Under the pieces are notes generated by a model. That model made no database searches. It was not told where the DNA came from and saw only the letters and a program-made list of their open reading frames with translations. Position numbers and translations under genes: made by a program. From Polyangiales bacterium (GTDB lineage Bacteria; Myxococcota_A; Polyangia; Polyangiales; JADJQN01), in the NCBI GenBank assembly GCA_964202905.1, contig CAXNJO010000003.1:672001-736000 (forward strand): a DNA stretch of 64,000 nt. Direction: 5' to 3'. Each line of letters opens with the position of its first letter. The first letter of the stretch is position 1. This document shows positions 1 to 10,467 of this stretch, in pieces.

Positions 1-321
1 GGCATGCTGCGCGGCACGGGCGAGAGCGACCGCTACCTCTGCCGCATCCAGTATCTGCTGCGCGCCGACGAGGTGCGCGTCGGCGACGAGGTCTTCACCT
101 CGGGGCTCGGGCACCGCTTCCCGGCCAACATCCTCGTGGGGCGCGTGACGAACGTGGTGCGCCGCGATTTCGGCCTCTACCAGGAGGCGGAGGTCACGCC
201 CGCGGCCAATTTCTCGGGCCTCGAGGCGGTCTCGATCCTCACGATGGGCGCGCGCGAGGCGGGCACGCAGGACGGCGCCGGGGTGCGCGGCGACCTCGCC
301 GATCCGACGCCGGAGCCCTGA
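1..321 (+). CDS. mreC: Rod shape-determining protein MreC, 3' part (truncated by window edge)
   Basis: GDEVFTSGLGHRFPANILVGRV...EAEVTPAANF matches the MreC C-terminus; precedes mreD-mrdA-rodA. Confidence 0.9.
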   Translation, partial: GMLRGTGESDRYLCRIQYLLRADEVRVGDEVFTSGLGHRFPANILVGRVTNVVRRDFGLYQEAEVTPAANFSGLEAVSILTMGAREAGTQDGAGVRGDLADPTPEP

Positions 322-327
322 AATACC

Positions 328-879
328 ATGCAGAACGCCGCCCTCCTGCTGCTCGGCTTCGCGCTGCTCGTCGTGCAGACCTCCGCGACGGCGCTCGTCA
401 GCGTGCACCCGTTCTCGCCGAACCTGCTGCTGCCGATGGTCATCTACCTCGGCGTCTCTCACGACGTCGGGATCGTGCGCGGCGGCATGCTCGCCTTCGT
501 GCTCGGCTACCTGCTCGACTCGTTCACGGGCAGCCCGATGGGGCTGCACACGTTCGTGCTCGTCGCGACGTACATGCTCGCGCGGGGCGCGGGGCTCTCG
601 CTCGTGCTGCGCGGGCCGCTCTTCCAGTTCGGGCTCACCTTCGCCGTGAGCGTGATCGCGGGCGGGACGATCCTCGCGCTGCGGGCGATCTTCGAGCGTC
701 CGGCGGCGTTCGAAGCGGGGACGGTGGGCGACACGGTGCTCACGCTCGTCGCGCCCGCGCTCACGACGGCGGCGCTCGCGCCGGCCGTGTTCTTCGCGGT
801 GCGCAGCTTCGAGCAGCTCGCGGCGCGCCGCGCGACTCGCGCGCACGCAGGGCCCGGTGAGGGGCCGGGCGCGCCGTGA
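328..879 (+). CDS. mreD: Rod shape-determining protein MreD
   Basis: Hydrophobic 183 aa with PNLLL and GYLLDSFTGSPMG; between mreC and mrdA. Confidence 0.88.
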   Translation: MQNAALLLLGFALLVVQTSATALVSVHPFSPNLLLPMVIYLGVSHDVGIVRGGMLAFVLGYLLDSFTGSPMGLHTFVLVATYMLARGAGLSLVLRGPLFQFGLTFAVSVIAGGTILALRAIFERPAAFEAGTVGDTVLTLVAPALTTAALAPAVFFAVRSFEQLAARRATRAHAGPGEGPGAP

Positions 880-2804
880 ACCTGCTCTCCCCGCGCCGCG
901 AGGTCGGCGAGTTCAAGAAGCGCTACAAGTGGATGGCGCTCGCCGCCGCGATCGCCTTCTTCGCGCTCTTCCTGCGCGCGGCGCAGATGGAAGTGGTCGA
1001 CTACGACCACTGGCAGAAGATCGCGACCGAGAACATCACCAAGACGATCACGCTGCCCGCGACGCGCGGCCTGCTGCGCGATCGCGCGGGCCGGATCATC
1101 GCGACCAACCGCCCCGCGTACAACGTCTACGTCACGCCGCAGCGCCTCGACCCGCAGCACGACGTGCCCCGCCTCGTCGCGCTGATGGGGCTCGACCCGC
1201 ATGGCCGCGCCGACCTCGAGGCGCGGCTCGCGCGCATCCCGCTGCACCGCCGCACGCATCAGGTCGAGATGTTCCGCGACATCACGCGCGACCAGCTCGC
1301 GGCGCTCGAGCAGCACGAGGCGGAGCTCGCGGGCGTCGACGTGGTCGCGGTGCCCGTGCGCACGTACCCCTTCGGTGCGCTCGCGGCGCACGCCATCGGC
1401 TACCTCAACGAGGTCAACGCCGAAGACCTCGAGCGCGCGCCGGATCAGGGCTATCGCGCGGGCGACACGGTCGGGCGGAGCGGCCTCGAGCGCGCGTGGG
1501 AGAGCTACGTGCGCGGGCGACGCGGCGTGCGGCGCGTGGTGGTCGACGCGCGCGGGCAGCGCTCGGACGAGGAGCGCAGCGAGCGGCCCCGGGAGACGCG
1601 GCGCGAGCCCGTGCCGGGGCGCGACCTGACGCTCACGCTCGACATGGAGCTGATGCGCATCACGGAGCGCGCGTTCCGCGGGCACCCCTCGGGCGGCGCG
1701 GTGGTGGTCGACGTGCGCACCGGGCGTGTGCGCGCGCTCTTCTCGAAGCCGAGCTACGACCTCAACGAGCTCGCGGGGCGGCTGTCGCAGGAGCGCGCGC
1801 GGGAGATCATCGACAATCCGCTGCGTCCGCTCATCGACAAGACGATTTACGAATCGTATTTCCCGGGCTCGACGTTCAAGCCCATCAGCGCGCTCGCCGC
1901 GCTCGGCGACGGCATCCTCTCGGCGAACAGCCACGTCGAGTGCCCGGGCTACTACGAGTACGGCGGCCGTCGCTTCCGCTGCCTGCAACAGCACGGCGAC
2001 GTCGACATGCGGCAGTCGCTGATCCGCTCGTGCAACACGTTCTTCTACGATCTCGCGCGGCAGACGGGCATGGACCGCCTCGCCCGCTACGCGCGCGACT
2101 TCGGCCTCGGCGAGCGCTCGGGCATCGGCATCAACACCGAGACGAGCGGCTTCATCCCGACGGTGAGCTGGTATCAGGAGCACTATCCGAACGGCTTCCG
2201 CGGCGGTTTCACGCTCAACGAGGCGATCGGACAGGGCAACACGAAGGTGACGCTCATGCAGCTCGCGATGGCCTACGCCGCGATCGCGAACGGAGGGACA
2301 TTGTATGTCCCGCAGCTCGTCGAGCGCGTGAGCGCGCCGGACGGCACGGTCATCGAGGAGTTCGCGCCACGCGTGCGGCGGCGCGTGAACGTCTCGCGCG
2401 AGCACCTCGCGTACGTCGTCGACGGGCTCTACGGCGTCGTCAACGACCGCACCGGCACCGCGTTCGAGGCGCACGTCGAGGGGGGCGTGCCGATCGCGGG
2501 CAAGACGGGCACCGCGCAGGTCTCGGGACGCTCGGCCCGCGACGACGAGGACCCGCGTCAGACCTGGTATTACAACCGCTCGCACGCCTGGTTCGCGGGG
2601 TTCGCGCCGGCAGGCGACCCGGAGCTCGTCGTCATCGTGCTCGTCGAGCACGGCGGCGGCGGCGGCAAGAACGCAGCGCCGATCGGCGTGCAGATCCTCG
2701 AGGAACACCTCGGGCCGCGCTACGCGGCGCAGCGCGAGGCGACCGCGGCGGCGACGCCCGCGCCTGCGCCCGCCGTGACGCGCACCCGCGCAGGAGGCCG
2801 CTGA
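876..2804 (+). CDS. mrdA: Penicillin-binding protein 2
   Basis: N-terminal TM, RGLLRDR, active-site motifs STFK, SCN, KTGT; GTGA overlap with mreD. Confidence 0.95.
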   Translation: MNLLSPRREVGEFKKRYKWMALAAAIAFFALFLRAAQMEVVDYDHWQKIATENITKTITLPATRGLLRDRAGRIIATNRPAYNVYVTPQRLDPQHDVPRLVALMGLDPHGRADLEARLARIPLHRRTHQVEMFRDITRDQLAALEQHEAELAGVDVVAVPVRTYPFGALAAHAIGYLNEVNAEDLERAPDQGYRAGDTVGRSGLERAWESYVRGRRGVRRVVVDARGQRSDEERSERPRETRREPVPGRDLTLTLDMELMRITERAFRGHPSGGAVVVDVRTGRVRALFSKPSYDLNELAGRLSQERAREIIDNPLRPLIDKTIYESYFPGSTFKPISALAALGDGILSANSHVECPGYYEYGGRRFRCLQQHGDVDMRQSLIRSCNTFFYDLARQTGMDRLARYARDFGLGERSGIGINTETSGFIPTVSWYQEHYPNGFRGGFTLNEAIGQGNTKVTLMQLAMAYAAIANGGTLYVPQLVERVSAPDGTVIEEFAPRVRRRVNVSREHLAYVVDGLYGVVNDRTGTAFEAHVEGGVPIAGKTGTAQVSGRSARDDEDPRQTWYYNRSHAWFAGFAPAGDPELVVIVLVEHGGGGGKNAAPIGVQILEEHLGPRYAAQREATAAATPAPAPAVTRTRAGGR

Positions 2805-3925
2805 TGGCGACGCTGAACAAGGGGCTGCGCGCGCACTTCGACTGGCCGCTCTTCGTGACGGTCGCGGCCATCGCGGTGGTCGGCGTCACGAACCTCTACA
2901 GCGCGACGAGCGCCGCCGGCGCGCGCGCCGACATGTACATCCAGCAGATCTACTGGCTCACGCTCGGCTCGGCGGTCGCCGCGCTCCTCGTCGCGATCGA
3001 CACGCGGCACTTCGAGCGGCAGGGCTGGACGCTCTACGGGATCGGCGTCGTGCTGCTGCTGCTCGTGTTCCTGCTCGCGCGCACGATCCGCGGGAGCCAA
3101 CGCTGGATCCCCATAGGCTCGTTCTCGCTGCAACCGAGCGAGCTGATGAAGATCTTCCTGATCGTCGCGCTCGCGAAATACCTTCACAACGACCCGAAAA
3201 CCGAGGGCCGGACGCTGAAGGATCTCGTGATCCCCGCGGCGATCCTCGCGCTGCCGATGGGCCTCGTGCTCAAGCAGCCCGACCTCGGCACCGGGATGAT
3301 CCTCGCGTTCATCTTCGCGACGATCATGTTCCTCACGCACCTCAAGCTGCGCTCGCTCGTGACGCTCGTGGCCGTGTTCGTCGCGAGCGCGCCGCTCACG
3401 TGGACGTATCTGCTCAAGGACTACCAGCGCGAGCGCTTCGAGTCGTTCTGGCAGCAGCTGAGCGGGCAGGCCTCGAAGGAGCACATCCTCGACGCGGGCT
3501 GGCACGCGCACCAGTCGCAGGTGGCGATCGGCTCGGGCGGCTTCCTCGGCAAGGGCTTCATGCAGGGGACGCAGAATCAGCATCGCTTCCTGCCGGACCA
3601 GCACTCCGACTTCCCGTTCGCGGTGTGGGCCGAAGAGCAGGGCTTTCTCGGCGTCACGCTGCTGCTCGGGCTCTATCTCTTCCTCGTGATCTGGGGGCTG
3701 AAGATCGCGTCGCAGGCGAAGGACCGCTTCAGCGCGGTGATCGCGGTCGGCGTGAGCGCGATGTTCTTCTGGCAGTCCGCGATCAACGTCGCGATGGTCA
3801 TGGGGCTCCTGCCCGTCGTCGGCGTGACGCTCCCGCTCTTCAGCTACGGCGGCTCGAGCGTGCTCACCGTGATGATGGGCGTCGGGCTGCTGATGAACGT
3901 GAGCGTGCGGCGCTTCAGCTTCTAG
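2804..3925 (+). CDS. rodA: Rod shape-determining protein RodA (SEDS family)
   Basis: ATG overlaps mrdA stop (TGATG); QPSELMK, QPDLGT, HSDFPF, LPLFSYGGSS. Confidence 0.95.
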   Translation: MATLNKGLRAHFDWPLFVTVAAIAVVGVTNLYSATSAAGARADMYIQQIYWLTLGSAVAALLVAIDTRHFERQGWTLYGIGVVLLLLVFLLARTIRGSQRWIPIGSFSLQPSELMKIFLIVALAKYLHNDPKTEGRTLKDLVIPAAILALPMGLVLKQPDLGTGMILAFIFATIMFLTHLKLRSLVTLVAVFVASAPLTWTYLLKDYQRERFESFWQQLSGQASKEHILDAGWHAHQSQVAIGSGGFLGKGFMQGTQNQHRFLPDQHSDFPFAVWAEEQGFLGVTLLLGLYLFLVIWGLKIASQAKDRFSAVIAVGVSAMFFWQSAINVAMVMGLLPVVGVTLPLFSYGGSSVLTVMMGVGLLMNVSVRRFSF

Positions 3926-3955
3926 CGTGGTGCCGCGCGGCCGCGCGACGAGGCG

Positions 3956-5083
3956 TCACGGGTCGGGCAGGTCGGACGCCGCGTCGACGAGGGCGCGCAG
4001 CGCGGCGCGGCGCGCGTCGAAGTCGGTGTCGCCCGCGCGCTCGACGAGCGTGAGATGCCCGAGTTTGCGCCAGGGCGCGGGGCTCTTGCCGTAGAGGTGC
4101 AGGTGCGCGCCGGGCACCGCGAGGAGCGCCGCGGAGGGCGGGACGTCGCCGAGCAGGTTGAACGAGACCGCGCGCCCGAGCGCGCCCGTCGCGCCGAGCG
4201 GCAGGCCGCAGACCGCGCGCACGTGGTTCTCGAACTGGCTCGTCTCGGCGCCCTCGATCGTCCAGTGGCCGCTGTTGTGGACGCGGGGCGCGAACTCGTT
4301 GGCGAGCAGCGTGCCGCCCACGTCGAAGAGCTCGAGCGCGAGCGTGCCGACGTAGCCGAGGTGCGACGCGAGCCGCGCCGCGTGGTCGCGCGCGTGCGCC
4401 GCGAGCGCGGGGCTCACGTCGGACGCGGGCGCGAGCGTCTCGCGCAGGATGCCGCGATCATGGAAACTCTGGACCAGCGGATAGAATCGCACATCGCCCG
4501 CCGCGTCCCGCACGACGAGCTGGCTGAGCTCGCGCTCGAAGGGCACGAAGCGTTCGAGGATGCACGGCACGCGGCCCGCGCCGACGAGCGCCCACGCGCG
4601 GTCGAGCGCGGCGTCGTCGCCCGCGCGGAGCACGGACTGCCCCTTGCCGTCGTAGCCGAAGCGCCGCGTCTTCAGCACGCAGGGGACGCCGAGCGTGTCG
4701 ACGGCCGCGCGCAGGGCGGCGCGATCGTCGACCGCGCGAAACGGGGGCGTGGGCACGCCGAGCGAGGCGAGCGCCTCCTTCTCGACGAGGCGATCCTGCG
4801 AGACGCGGAGCGCCTCGGGTGGCGGCAGGAGCAGCACCGCGCCGGCGAGCGCGCGCGCCGCCGCGTCGGGGACGTTCTCGAACTCGTAGGTCGCGACGTC
4901 CACGCGCTCCGCCATCGCGAGGAGCGCGGCGCGGTCGTCGTAGGCCGCGGTGAGCGCGGCGCCGACGGCGCGCGCGGGCGCGTGCGGCGAGGGATCGACG
5001 AAGACCGTCTCGATGCCGAGCGGATGCGCGGCCATCGCCAGCATGCGCGCGAGCTGGCCGCCGCCGAGGATGCCGAGCTTCAT
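3956..5083 (-). CDS. purK: N5-CAIR synthase
   Basis: [35 protein letters not shown]. Confidence 0.96.
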   Translation of the reverse strand: MKLGILGGGQLARMLAMAAHPLGIETVFVDPSPHAPARAVGAALTAAYDDRAALLAMAERVDVATYEFENVPDAAARALAGAVLLLPPPEALRVSQDRLVEKEALASLGVPTPPFRAVDDRAALRAAVDTLGVPCVLKTRRFGYDGKGQSVLRAGDDAALDRAWALVGAGRVPCILERFVPFERELSQLVVRDAAGDVRFYPLVQSFHDRGILRETLAPASDVSPALAAHARDHAARLASHLGYVGTLALELFDVGGTLLANEFAPRVHNSGHWTIEGAETSQFENHVRAVCGLPLGATGALGRAVSFNLLGDVPPSAALLAVPGAHLHLYGKSPAPWRKLGHLTLVERAGDTDFDARRAALRALVDAASDLPDP

Positions 5084-5637
5084 GGGTGGGGCGGCGCGAC
5101 GTCGCTCCGCGGATCGGGCACGGCGAGCACGGCGTCCGTCTGCGCGGTGCGCCAGGCCTCGAGCGCGGCGCGGATCGCGGGGTACTTGTTGCCGAGGAAG
5201 GCGGCCGCGAGGAGCGCCGCGTTCGTCGCACCCGCGCGGCCGATCGCGAGCGTGCCGACGGGGATGCCCGCAGGCATCTGCACCATGGAGAGGAGCGAGT
5301 CGACGCCGCGCAGCACGCGTGACTCGACGGGCACGCCGAGCACGGGGACGACCGTCTTCGCCGCGATCATGCCGGGCAGGTGCGCGGCGCCGCCCGCGCC
5401 CGCGATGACGACCTCGAGGCCGCGCGCCGCGGCGCTCCCGGCGTACTCGAAGAGCAGGTCCGGCGTGCGGTGCGCGGAGACGACGCGCACCTCGTGCGGC
5501 ACGCCGAGCGACGCGAGCGTCTGCACCGCGTGCTGCATCGTGTCCCAGTCCGAGCGCGAGCCCATCACGACCCCGACGAGCGGGGTGGCGGAGTCGGAGG
5601 CGGCGGCCGGATCGTGCGCGTCGGTGGGGTCGGACAC
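5080..5637 (-). CDS. purE: N5-CAIR mutase
   Basis: [34 protein letters not shown]. Confidence 0.97.
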   Translation of the reverse strand: MSDPTDAHDPAAASDSATPLVGVVMGSRSDWDTMQHAVQTLASLGVPHEVRVVSAHRTPDLLFEYAGSAAARGLEVVIAGAGGAAHLPGMIAAKTVVPVLGVPVESRVLRGVDSLLSMVQMPAGIPVGTLAIGRAGATNAALLAAAFLGNKYPAIRAALEAWRTAQTDAVLAVPDPRSDVAPPHP

Positions 5638-5678
5638 GCGCGCGCTTATACCACGGCGCTTCGTGCTACCCCCCCGCG

Positions 5679-6509
5679 ATGCCTGCCCCGCGCGCGACGA
5701 AGGCCGCCGTGCTCCAGCTCAACTCCGGGCCCGATCTGGAGGCCAATCTCCGCGCCGTCGCGCGGCTCGTGCGCGAGGCTGCGGCCGATCGCGCCACGCT
5801 CATCGTGCTGCCCGAGTGCTTCGCGCTGCTCGGCCCCGAGGACGCGAAGCTCGGCGTCGCGGAGCCGCTCCCCCAGGGCGGCCCCGTGCTCGCCCGCTGC
5901 GCGGCGCTCGCGCGCGAGACGGGCGCGGAGCTCGTGCTCGGCGGGTTCTGGGAGACGGCGAGCGACGCGACCCGCGTGCGCAACAGCTGCGTGCACCTCG
6001 GCGCGGACGGCGCAGTGCGCGCGATCTACCGCAAGATCCACCTCTTCGACGTCGACCTGCCCGATGGCACGAAGCTCACCGAGAGCGCGAGCGTCGAGCC
6101 GGGCGAGGAGCTCGTCGTCACGGACACGGCGCTCGGACCGCTCGGGCTGAGCGTCTGTTACGACGTGCGCTTCCCCGAGCTGTATCGGGGGCTCGTGGAC
6201 CGCGGCGCCGTCGCGCTGGCGGTGCCCGCGGCCTTCACGATGACGACCGGCAAGGACCACTGGCACGTGTTGCTGCGGGCGCGCGCGATCGAGTCGCAGG
6301 CCTACGTGCTCGCCGCCGCGCAGACGGGCCGTCACTTCGGGACGCGCGTCAGCTACGGCCACGCGCTCATCGCCGATCCGTGGGGCACCGTGCTCGCCGA
6401 GTGCGGCGAGGGTGAGGGCTACGCGGCCGCGTGGCTCGACCCGGAGGTCGTGCGCCGCGTGCGCGCGAGCCTGCCGGCGCTCGCGCATCGGCGGCTCGCG
6501 GTGCGCTGA
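5679..6509 (+). CDS. Carbon-nitrogen hydrolase (Nit1/deaminated glutathione amidase-like)
   Basis: [19 protein letters not shown] (Glu-Lys-Cys triad), ARAIE. Confidence 0.9.
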   Translation: MPAPRATKAAVLQLNSGPDLEANLRAVARLVREAAADRATLIVLPECFALLGPEDAKLGVAEPLPQGGPVLARCAALARETGAELVLGGFWETASDATRVRNSCVHLGADGAVRAIYRKIHLFDVDLPDGTKLTESASVEPGEELVVTDTALGPLGLSVCYDVRFPELYRGLVDRGAVALAVPAAFTMTTGKDHWHVLLRARAIESQAYVLAAAQTGRHFGTRVSYGHALIADPWGTVLAECGEGEGYAAAWLDPEVVRRVRASLPALAHRRLAVR

Positions 6510-6522
6510 TCCGTGCGAACGA

Positions 6523-8826
6523 TCAGCGCACGAGCGCGAGGGCGGGCGCGGGCGCGAACGCGCGGAGATGACCGCTCTCTTCGGCGACGTAGAGCCAGCC
6601 GCGCTCGTCGACGCGGAAGACGTCGGGGATGAGATCGCAGTCGACGGCGGGTCCGAGGCTCGCGCCGTCCGCGGGCTTGAGCGCGTGCACCTGGGCCGCG
6701 GGCACGAACAACCCACCATTTCGCAGGACCGGCTCGAGACGACGCGGCACGTCGTCGGTCGCGGCGTTCGCGAGCTCGCGCGTCCAGCGCACGGTGCCGT
6801 CGGCGAGGTCGAGCGCGGTGACACGACCGCCCGGCGCGTTGACGACGAGCGCGCGATCGACGGCGAGCGCGGCGCCCCCGCGACCGAGCCCCGGCTCCGG
6901 TACCACCCAACGCGGCGTCCCATCCCGCGGATCGAGCGCGACGAGCGTGGCGCTCGCGGCCGTGCGCGTCGGCCCCGCGACCGGGACGCAGACGAGCCCC
7001 TCGAGGCCGAGCGGCGCGGCGAGCGGCGCGCCCCCGAGATCGCGGCGCCAGAGCTCGCGGCCCGAGTAGAGATCGAGCCCGTGCAGCGTGCCGCCGGCCG
7101 CGGCCGGATCGCCGCTCACCGCGAGGGCGACGTCGCGCGAGACCGCGGGCGCGAGCGAAAAGCGCGCGGATGCGCTGAATCGCCAGACCGGCTCGCCAGA
7201 CGCTACGTCGAGCGCGTGCACGGCGCCGTCGCCGCACGCCGCGAGCAGGATGCGCCCCACCCGCCGCAGCCGGAACGCGCCCGAACGCGCGCGGTAGCGC
7301 CAGCGCAGCTCGCCCGTGCGCAGGTCGACGGCGACGAGACGCGTCTGCCCTTCCGCGAGGATCGCCATCGGCGGCAGCTCGCCGCCGCCGGCGTACGTGC
7401 ACACCGGGACCCCGCCCGCGCGCGGCGCGACCCGTGCCCGGGCGACCACCTCACCCTCGCCGACGTCCCAGATCTCGACCGCCCCCTCGGGCGTCTGCCG
7501 CAGGAGCGAGGTGCCGACCATCAGGGACGCAGAGCGCGGCGCGCGGCGCGCCCAGACGACCTCACCACCATCTCGCGAGATGGCGACGATGCGACGCGGC
7601 GTCGACACCACGACGCGGTCGCCGCAGAGGAAGGTCGTGGACGCGTCGAGCCCCTCGATCTCCGTGCGCCAGCGCTCCGCGTAGCGCAGACGCCCTGTTC
7701 CGGCGGCATTGGGGGCCCCCGGGGCACGCACCGGAGAGGCCGACTCGACCGACTCGGGGCCGGGCGGGCTCGAGAGGCGCAGGCGCTCCGGATCGCGGTT
7801 CACGAAGCCGTCGCGCCGCGTGCGCGCGCGCAACACCTTGCGCAGCGCGCGGACCTCGTCGCGCAGCGCGGTCACGCGGAGGTTGCGCAGCTGCGCGCGA
7901 TCCGCGCCGCCGAGGGCGCGGAGCAGATCGGTGGCGAGCCGCAGCACGGGCTCGGCCGCGCCGGGCACGTCGAGCGCCGGCACGGTGAGCGTCGCGTCGC
8001 CGGCCTCGCCGAGCGTGAGCGCGACCTCGCCGTCCTTCGCGAGGCGCATGCCCACGACGAAGGCGCCGGTGCGCAGCCGCACGTGCACGCCGCGATCGGC
8101 CTCCCACGCGTCGATCAACGCCCGCACGGCCGCGACGAGCCGCTGCGCGACGAGGAAGATCGGCCCCCGCGCGAGTCCGATCCTGCGGCCGCGCGAGTAG
8201 GCCCACAGCCGCCCCTCGAACAGCGTCGCGTGCACGTCGGCGCGCGCCGAACCGCCGGGCAGCGCGTCGGTCGCGGGCTCGATCTGCGCCGAAAAGCCGA
8301 AGGCGAGACCGACGTTCTCGGCCGGAGGCTCCTGGTGACCGCCGACCACCTCGAGCGACGCGTTGCGTGGACGTGCGTCAGGCACCATCGCGGCCGCCGC
8401 GACCTCGGCGCGCGTCGCGAGGCGCAGGTACGAGGCCGCGGACGCCGCGTGGCCGTCACGCGCCGCGAGCGCCCGCGCCGCCGCCCCGCAGGCGGCGAGC
8501 AGCGGGCGCAGCGGCACCGGGCGGTCGCGCACGACGATCTCGGGCACACCGCCCGTCTCGTAGTGACTGACGAGCGCGTGCTCTCCGCGCCGCACGAGCG
8601 CGTACTCCGCGGGGCGCGCCCCGAGCGGAAGGATCACCTTCGCGCGCTCGCCCTCGGCGAGGTCCGCGACGGCCGCGATCAGGTCCGCGAGCGGCGGCAG
8701 CTCCGCGGGATCCCGTGTGCCGAGGAGCGCGAGCACCAGGGCCGCGCGCGGGTCGACGCCGTCCTGCGGAGAGGGAGCGGAGCGCTCGGCGAGGGCCCGC
8801 GCAGGGAGGGGTCGTAGTTCGATCAT
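6523..8826 (-). CDS. Protein with C-terminal PQQ-like beta-propeller repeats and unassigned N-terminal domain
   Basis: Repeated blades AVDLRTGELRW, ALDVASGEPVW, GLDLYSGRELW, ALDLADGTVRW. Confidence 0.8.
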   Translation of the reverse strand: MIELRPLPARALAERSAPSPQDGVDPRAALVLALLGTRDPAELPPLADLIAAVADLAEGERAKVILPLGARPAEYALVRRGEHALVSHYETGGVPEIVVRDRPVPLRPLLAACGAAARALAARDGHAASAASYLRLATRAEVAAAAMVPDARPRNASLEVVGGHQEPPAENVGLAFGFSAQIEPATDALPGGSARADVHATLFEGRLWAYSRGRRIGLARGPIFLVAQRLVAAVRALIDAWEADRGVHVRLRTGAFVVGMRLAKDGEVALTLGEAGDATLTVPALDVPGAAEPVLRLATDLLRALGGADRAQLRNLRVTALRDEVRALRKVLRARTRRDGFVNRDPERLRLSSPPGPESVESASPVRAPGAPNAAGTGRLRYAERWRTEIEGLDASTTFLCGDRVVVSTPRRIVAISRDGGEVVWARRAPRSASLMVGTSLLRQTPEGAVEIWDVGEGEVVARARVAPRAGGVPVCTYAGGGELPPMAILAEGQTRLVAVDLRTGELRWRYRARSGAFRLRRVGRILLAACGDGAVHALDVASGEPVWRFSASARFSLAPAVSRDVALAVSGDPAAAGGTLHGLDLYSGRELWRRDLGGAPLAAPLGLEGLVCVPVAGPTRTAASATLVALDPRDGTPRWVVPEPGLGRGGAALAVDRALVVNAPGGRVTALDLADGTVRWTRELANAATDDVPRRLEPVLRNGGLFVPAAQVHALKPADGASLGPAVDCDLIPDVFRVDERGWLYVAEESGHLRAFAPAPALALVR

Positions 8827-8989
8827 CGCGTTGTTCGGGGGCGCTCCTGAAGCGCGAGTGAAATGGTAGGGGGGCGGCGTGCGTGATCCGAAATAAACGG
8901 ATCAACGGCGCGGTCGTCACCGCCGACGACGCGCGCGCCCGGGGCGTCGCCGCACCTGCCGGAGGCGGCGGACTGCTACGCTCGCGTCC

Positions 8990-10051
8990 GTGGCGACGGC
9001 GCAGGGCAATCGCGTGCTGCAGCACCTCGCAGCGCTCTTCGTCGTGTTCGCGGGGCTGCGCCTCGCTGCGGGGCTTGTCGAACCGCTGCTGCTCGCGCTC
9101 TTCCTCGCCGTCGTCTCGTATCCGATCGTGCGCGTTCTCGTGGCGGGGCGCGTGCCCCGCGGCCTCGCGGTGCTCCTCGTGCTCGTGCTCGACGTGGCCG
9201 TCGTGGTCGGGGTCGGCGTGCTCGTCGCCGACGTGCTCGCCGAGTTCCAGGAGCGGCTGCCCGCCTACGAAGGGCGCATCCGCGCGATCGTCGACGAAGC
9301 GCTCGCGTGGCTCCACGCGCGCGGCGCGCGGGTCGACGCGCGGAGGATCGTCGCGCTCGTCGAGCCGGGGCACGTGATGTCGCTCGCGGGCGTCGTGTTG
9401 CAGAGCGTGATGAACGTGGTCGGGCGGCTGTTTTTGGTGCTGCTGGTCGCGGCCTTCGTGCTGCTCGAGGCGTCGGTGTTCGGCGACAAGTTGCGCGTGA
9501 TCCTCCCGGACGCCGACGAGGAGCTGCCGCGCATCGAGCGCGCTGCATACGAGATACAGAAGTATCTCGGTGTCAAGACGCTCTCGAACCTGCTCACTGC
9601 GCTGCTCGTCGGGCTGATCTCCGCCCTCTTCGCGCTCGACTTCCCGCTGCTCTGGGCGGCGCTCGCGTTCACGCTGAACTTCATCCCGAGCCTCGGCAGC
9701 GTCCTCGCGTCGGTGCCGCCGATCGTGCTCGCGCTCGTGCTGCACGGGCCGGGCGAGGCGGCCGCCTACGCGGCGGTCTACACGGCGCTCAACCTGCTCG
9801 TCGGCAACGTGCTCGAGCCGCGCATCCTGGGGCGCGCGCTCGGCCTCTCCCCGCTCGTGGTGCTGCTCTCGATGATCTTCTGGGGTTGGCTCTGGGGGCC
9901 CGTGGGCGCGCTGCTCTCGGTGCCGCTCACGATGAGCGCGAAGATCGCGCTCGCGCACACGACGGACCTGGCCTGGCTCGACACGTTGCTCGGGCCCGCG
10001 CCGACGCCGCGCGCCGCGAGCCGCTCCGCACCGTCGAAGGAGAACGCATGA
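8990..10051 (+). CDS. AI-2E family transporter
   Basis: Multi-TM; LNFIPSLG, GNVLEPRILG, FWGWLWGPVGALLSVPLT. Confidence 0.92.
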   Translation: MATAQGNRVLQHLAALFVVFAGLRLAAGLVEPLLLALFLAVVSYPIVRVLVAGRVPRGLAVLLVLVLDVAVVVGVGVLVADVLAEFQERLPAYEGRIRAIVDEALAWLHARGARVDARRIVALVEPGHVMSLAGVVLQSVMNVVGRLFLVLLVAAFVLLEASVFGDKLRVILPDADEELPRIERAAYEIQKYLGVKTLSNLLTALLVGLISALFALDFPLLWAALAFTLNFIPSLGSVLASVPPIVLALVLHGPGEAAAYAAVYTALNLLVGNVLEPRILGRALGLSPLVVLLSMIFWGWLWGPVGALLSVPLTMSAKIALAHTTDLAWLDTLLGPAPTPRAASRSAPSKENA

Positions 10052-10467
10052 CGCTCCCGGAGGGCGCCCACGTCGTCGCCGTGACCGCGCTCATCTTCCG
10101 CGGGGGGCGCGTGCTCGCGATGCGGCGCAGCGCATTCAGGGACGCGGGCGCAGGGCTCTGGGAGACGCCCTCGGGACGCGTCCAGGAAGGCGAGGATCCG
10201 CTCGCCGCGGTGCGCCGCGAGATCGCTGAGGAGTGCGGGCTCGACGTCGAGGTCGAGCCGCGCCCGCTCGAGGCGTATCCAGCGCGGCGCGGCCCGCTGC
10301 CGATGGTGGTGATCGTCTACCGCGCGCGCTGGGTCGCGGGCGAGGTCACGCGCTCGGACGAGCACGACGCGCACGCGTGGTGGACACCCGCAGAACTGCG
10401 CGCGGGCTCGACGCTCACGCGACTCGTCGAGGCGGTGGAGCGGGCCGCTGAAGGGAGCGCGACATGA
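10048..10467 (+). CDS. NUDIX hydrolase (MutT-like)
   Basis: Nudix box GRVQEGEDPLAAVRREIAEECGL plus SDEHDAHAW; ATGA overlap. Confidence 0.88.
   Translation: MTLPEGAHVVAVTALIFRGGRVLAMRRSAFRDAGAGLWETPSGRVQEGEDPLAAVRREIAEECGLDVEVEPRPLEAYPARRGPLPMVVIVYRARWVAGEVTRSDEHDAHAWWTPAELRAGSTLTRLVEAVERAAEGSAT

Noticed and set aside
507..6415. Long antisense and alternative-frame ORFs (e.g. 507-2708, 4055-6415, also 14052-16883, 28322-30742)
   Set aside because: Arg/Ala-rich shadow ORFs expected at high GC; they overlap well-supported genes
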